Under the pieces are notes generated by a model. That model searched no databases. It was not told the DNA's origin and saw nothing but the letters and a program-made list of their open reading frames with translations. A stretch of 64,000 bases of DNA from Sphaerodactylus townsendi (taxonomy: Eukaryota): contig NC_059440.1 in assembly GCF_021028975.2 (NCBI RefSeq), positions 14,694,001 through 14,758,000 of the forward strand, given 5' to 3'. Shown here piece by piece: positions 62,935 to 64,000 of the stretch (positions within the stretch are counted from its first letter, which is position 1; each line of letters opens with the position of its first letter). A program made the position numbers and the translations under genes.

Positions 62935-63890
62935 AACAAGATTTACAAAATGCCTCCCAAACGTCTCAAGCTCAGGTAGAAAAGCGAGTCGGCAGCATCT
63001 TTCCCACAAGACAGTTCAGCACAGCGGAGGTTACAGAATAACCGCCAAAAAATCACAAACCTGCAGAAAAGGAGGAAAAAGCAAAAGTGTCAAGTTGTCC
63101 CTTGTTTAGAAAAAGAGGAAGACGATAGTCAGGCCGACAGAAATGTCTTGGGCAGTCTTCACAGTTCTGCCCTGTTCAAAGTAGGGCAGTGTCATGAAGA
63201 CTGCAGGCATACATTTGTGTCTCTCCTTGCAGCTAGTGTCCACACTCTGGAGGTTGGGTGCAGTCGCTTCTCCCGGCAACCAGCCTCAGCCTCAGGTGAC
63301 AGCAGCACAGGGTGGGGATGAGCTGAGCCCACTGCTTACAGCCTCCTATTTAGTTACTATCAACGCTATATAAACCTGTTTTCAAATGCCCAAACAATTT
63401 TTATTTGTCTTCTACTTTTTAAAAAAAAGCCTTACTGGGATTATTTTCAAATGTAGAGGTGTTGCTAAATGCCGCTGCCATCTGTGCAGAGTGAGAATTC
63501 AATTGTCCCAGTAGTTTTAATGTCACTTCAGTAAATAATAAACAGCCAGATCTCCCCATGCCTCTTTTCTCCTTCACAAAAAAATTGCATGACAAAAAAG
63601 TGACTATACCAACATTTATTCTCCTTTGATATCTTGGGTCAAATGGAGACAGGGAAAAAAAAGCTGTAGTGATCTTGGTTCATGCAAAATTCAAAAACAA
63701 GAATGCAATCCATGTAATACTTTTTTAAAATCTTACAAAGGATGCTTGAGAAATACACTTCTATTTTTTAACATTTTGTTATCTTCATTCTGATGAAGAG
63801 TTCTGAGCGCAAAAACTTGGATGGCATTTAGTCATGTGGCTGGTTCCTAATAAAAGGTTTTCATTCTTGTAGAGGCCTATACAGTTAGAA

Positions 63891-64000
63891 CAGTGATGGC
63901 GAACCTCTGGCACGGATACCAGAGGTGGCACTCAGCCCTCTCTGCGGGCAAGCACAAACAGTTCATCATGTGTGTGTGTGGGGGGGGGAGGGTCGCCCCC
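63891..64000. mobile_element. Left end of a hAT-type MITE, running off the window
   Basis: CAGTGATGGCGAACC terminus like the MITEs above. Confidence 0.55.

Overview
Vertebrate genomic DNA, most likely a gecko or other squamate, judged from about 20 Squam3-type SINEs, a Sauria SINE, CR1, Penelope-like remnants and hAT MITEs. Genes reconstructed exon by exon from splice sites and translation: the last two coding exons of CAMKK1 (+), C1QBP (-, 6 exons, 278 aa), DHX33 (-, 12 exons, 688 aa), DERL2 (-, 7 exons, 239 aa, two U12-type introns) and MIS12 (+, 206 aa, head-to-head with DERL2). Most notable: (1) between C1QBP and DHX33, an intact two-exon 452-aa PIF/Harbinger transposase ORF with its DDE triad, nested in a decayed hAT fossil, lacking clear TIRs or a Myb/SANT partner and with a TE-filled intron, so a candidate domesticated gene; (2) a CpG-rich foldback complex at 14.4-21 kb with nested long inverted repeats and 21-bp-period arrays; (3) an inverted duplication of the DHX33 exon-5 acceptor placed in intron 3, bracketing exon 4; (4) an in-frame 48-nt CAMKK1 microexon candidate; (5) a Penelope-type minimal hammerhead ribozyme motif. 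Identifications come from reading the sequence and recalled family knowledge; no searches were run, and repeat boundaries are approximate.
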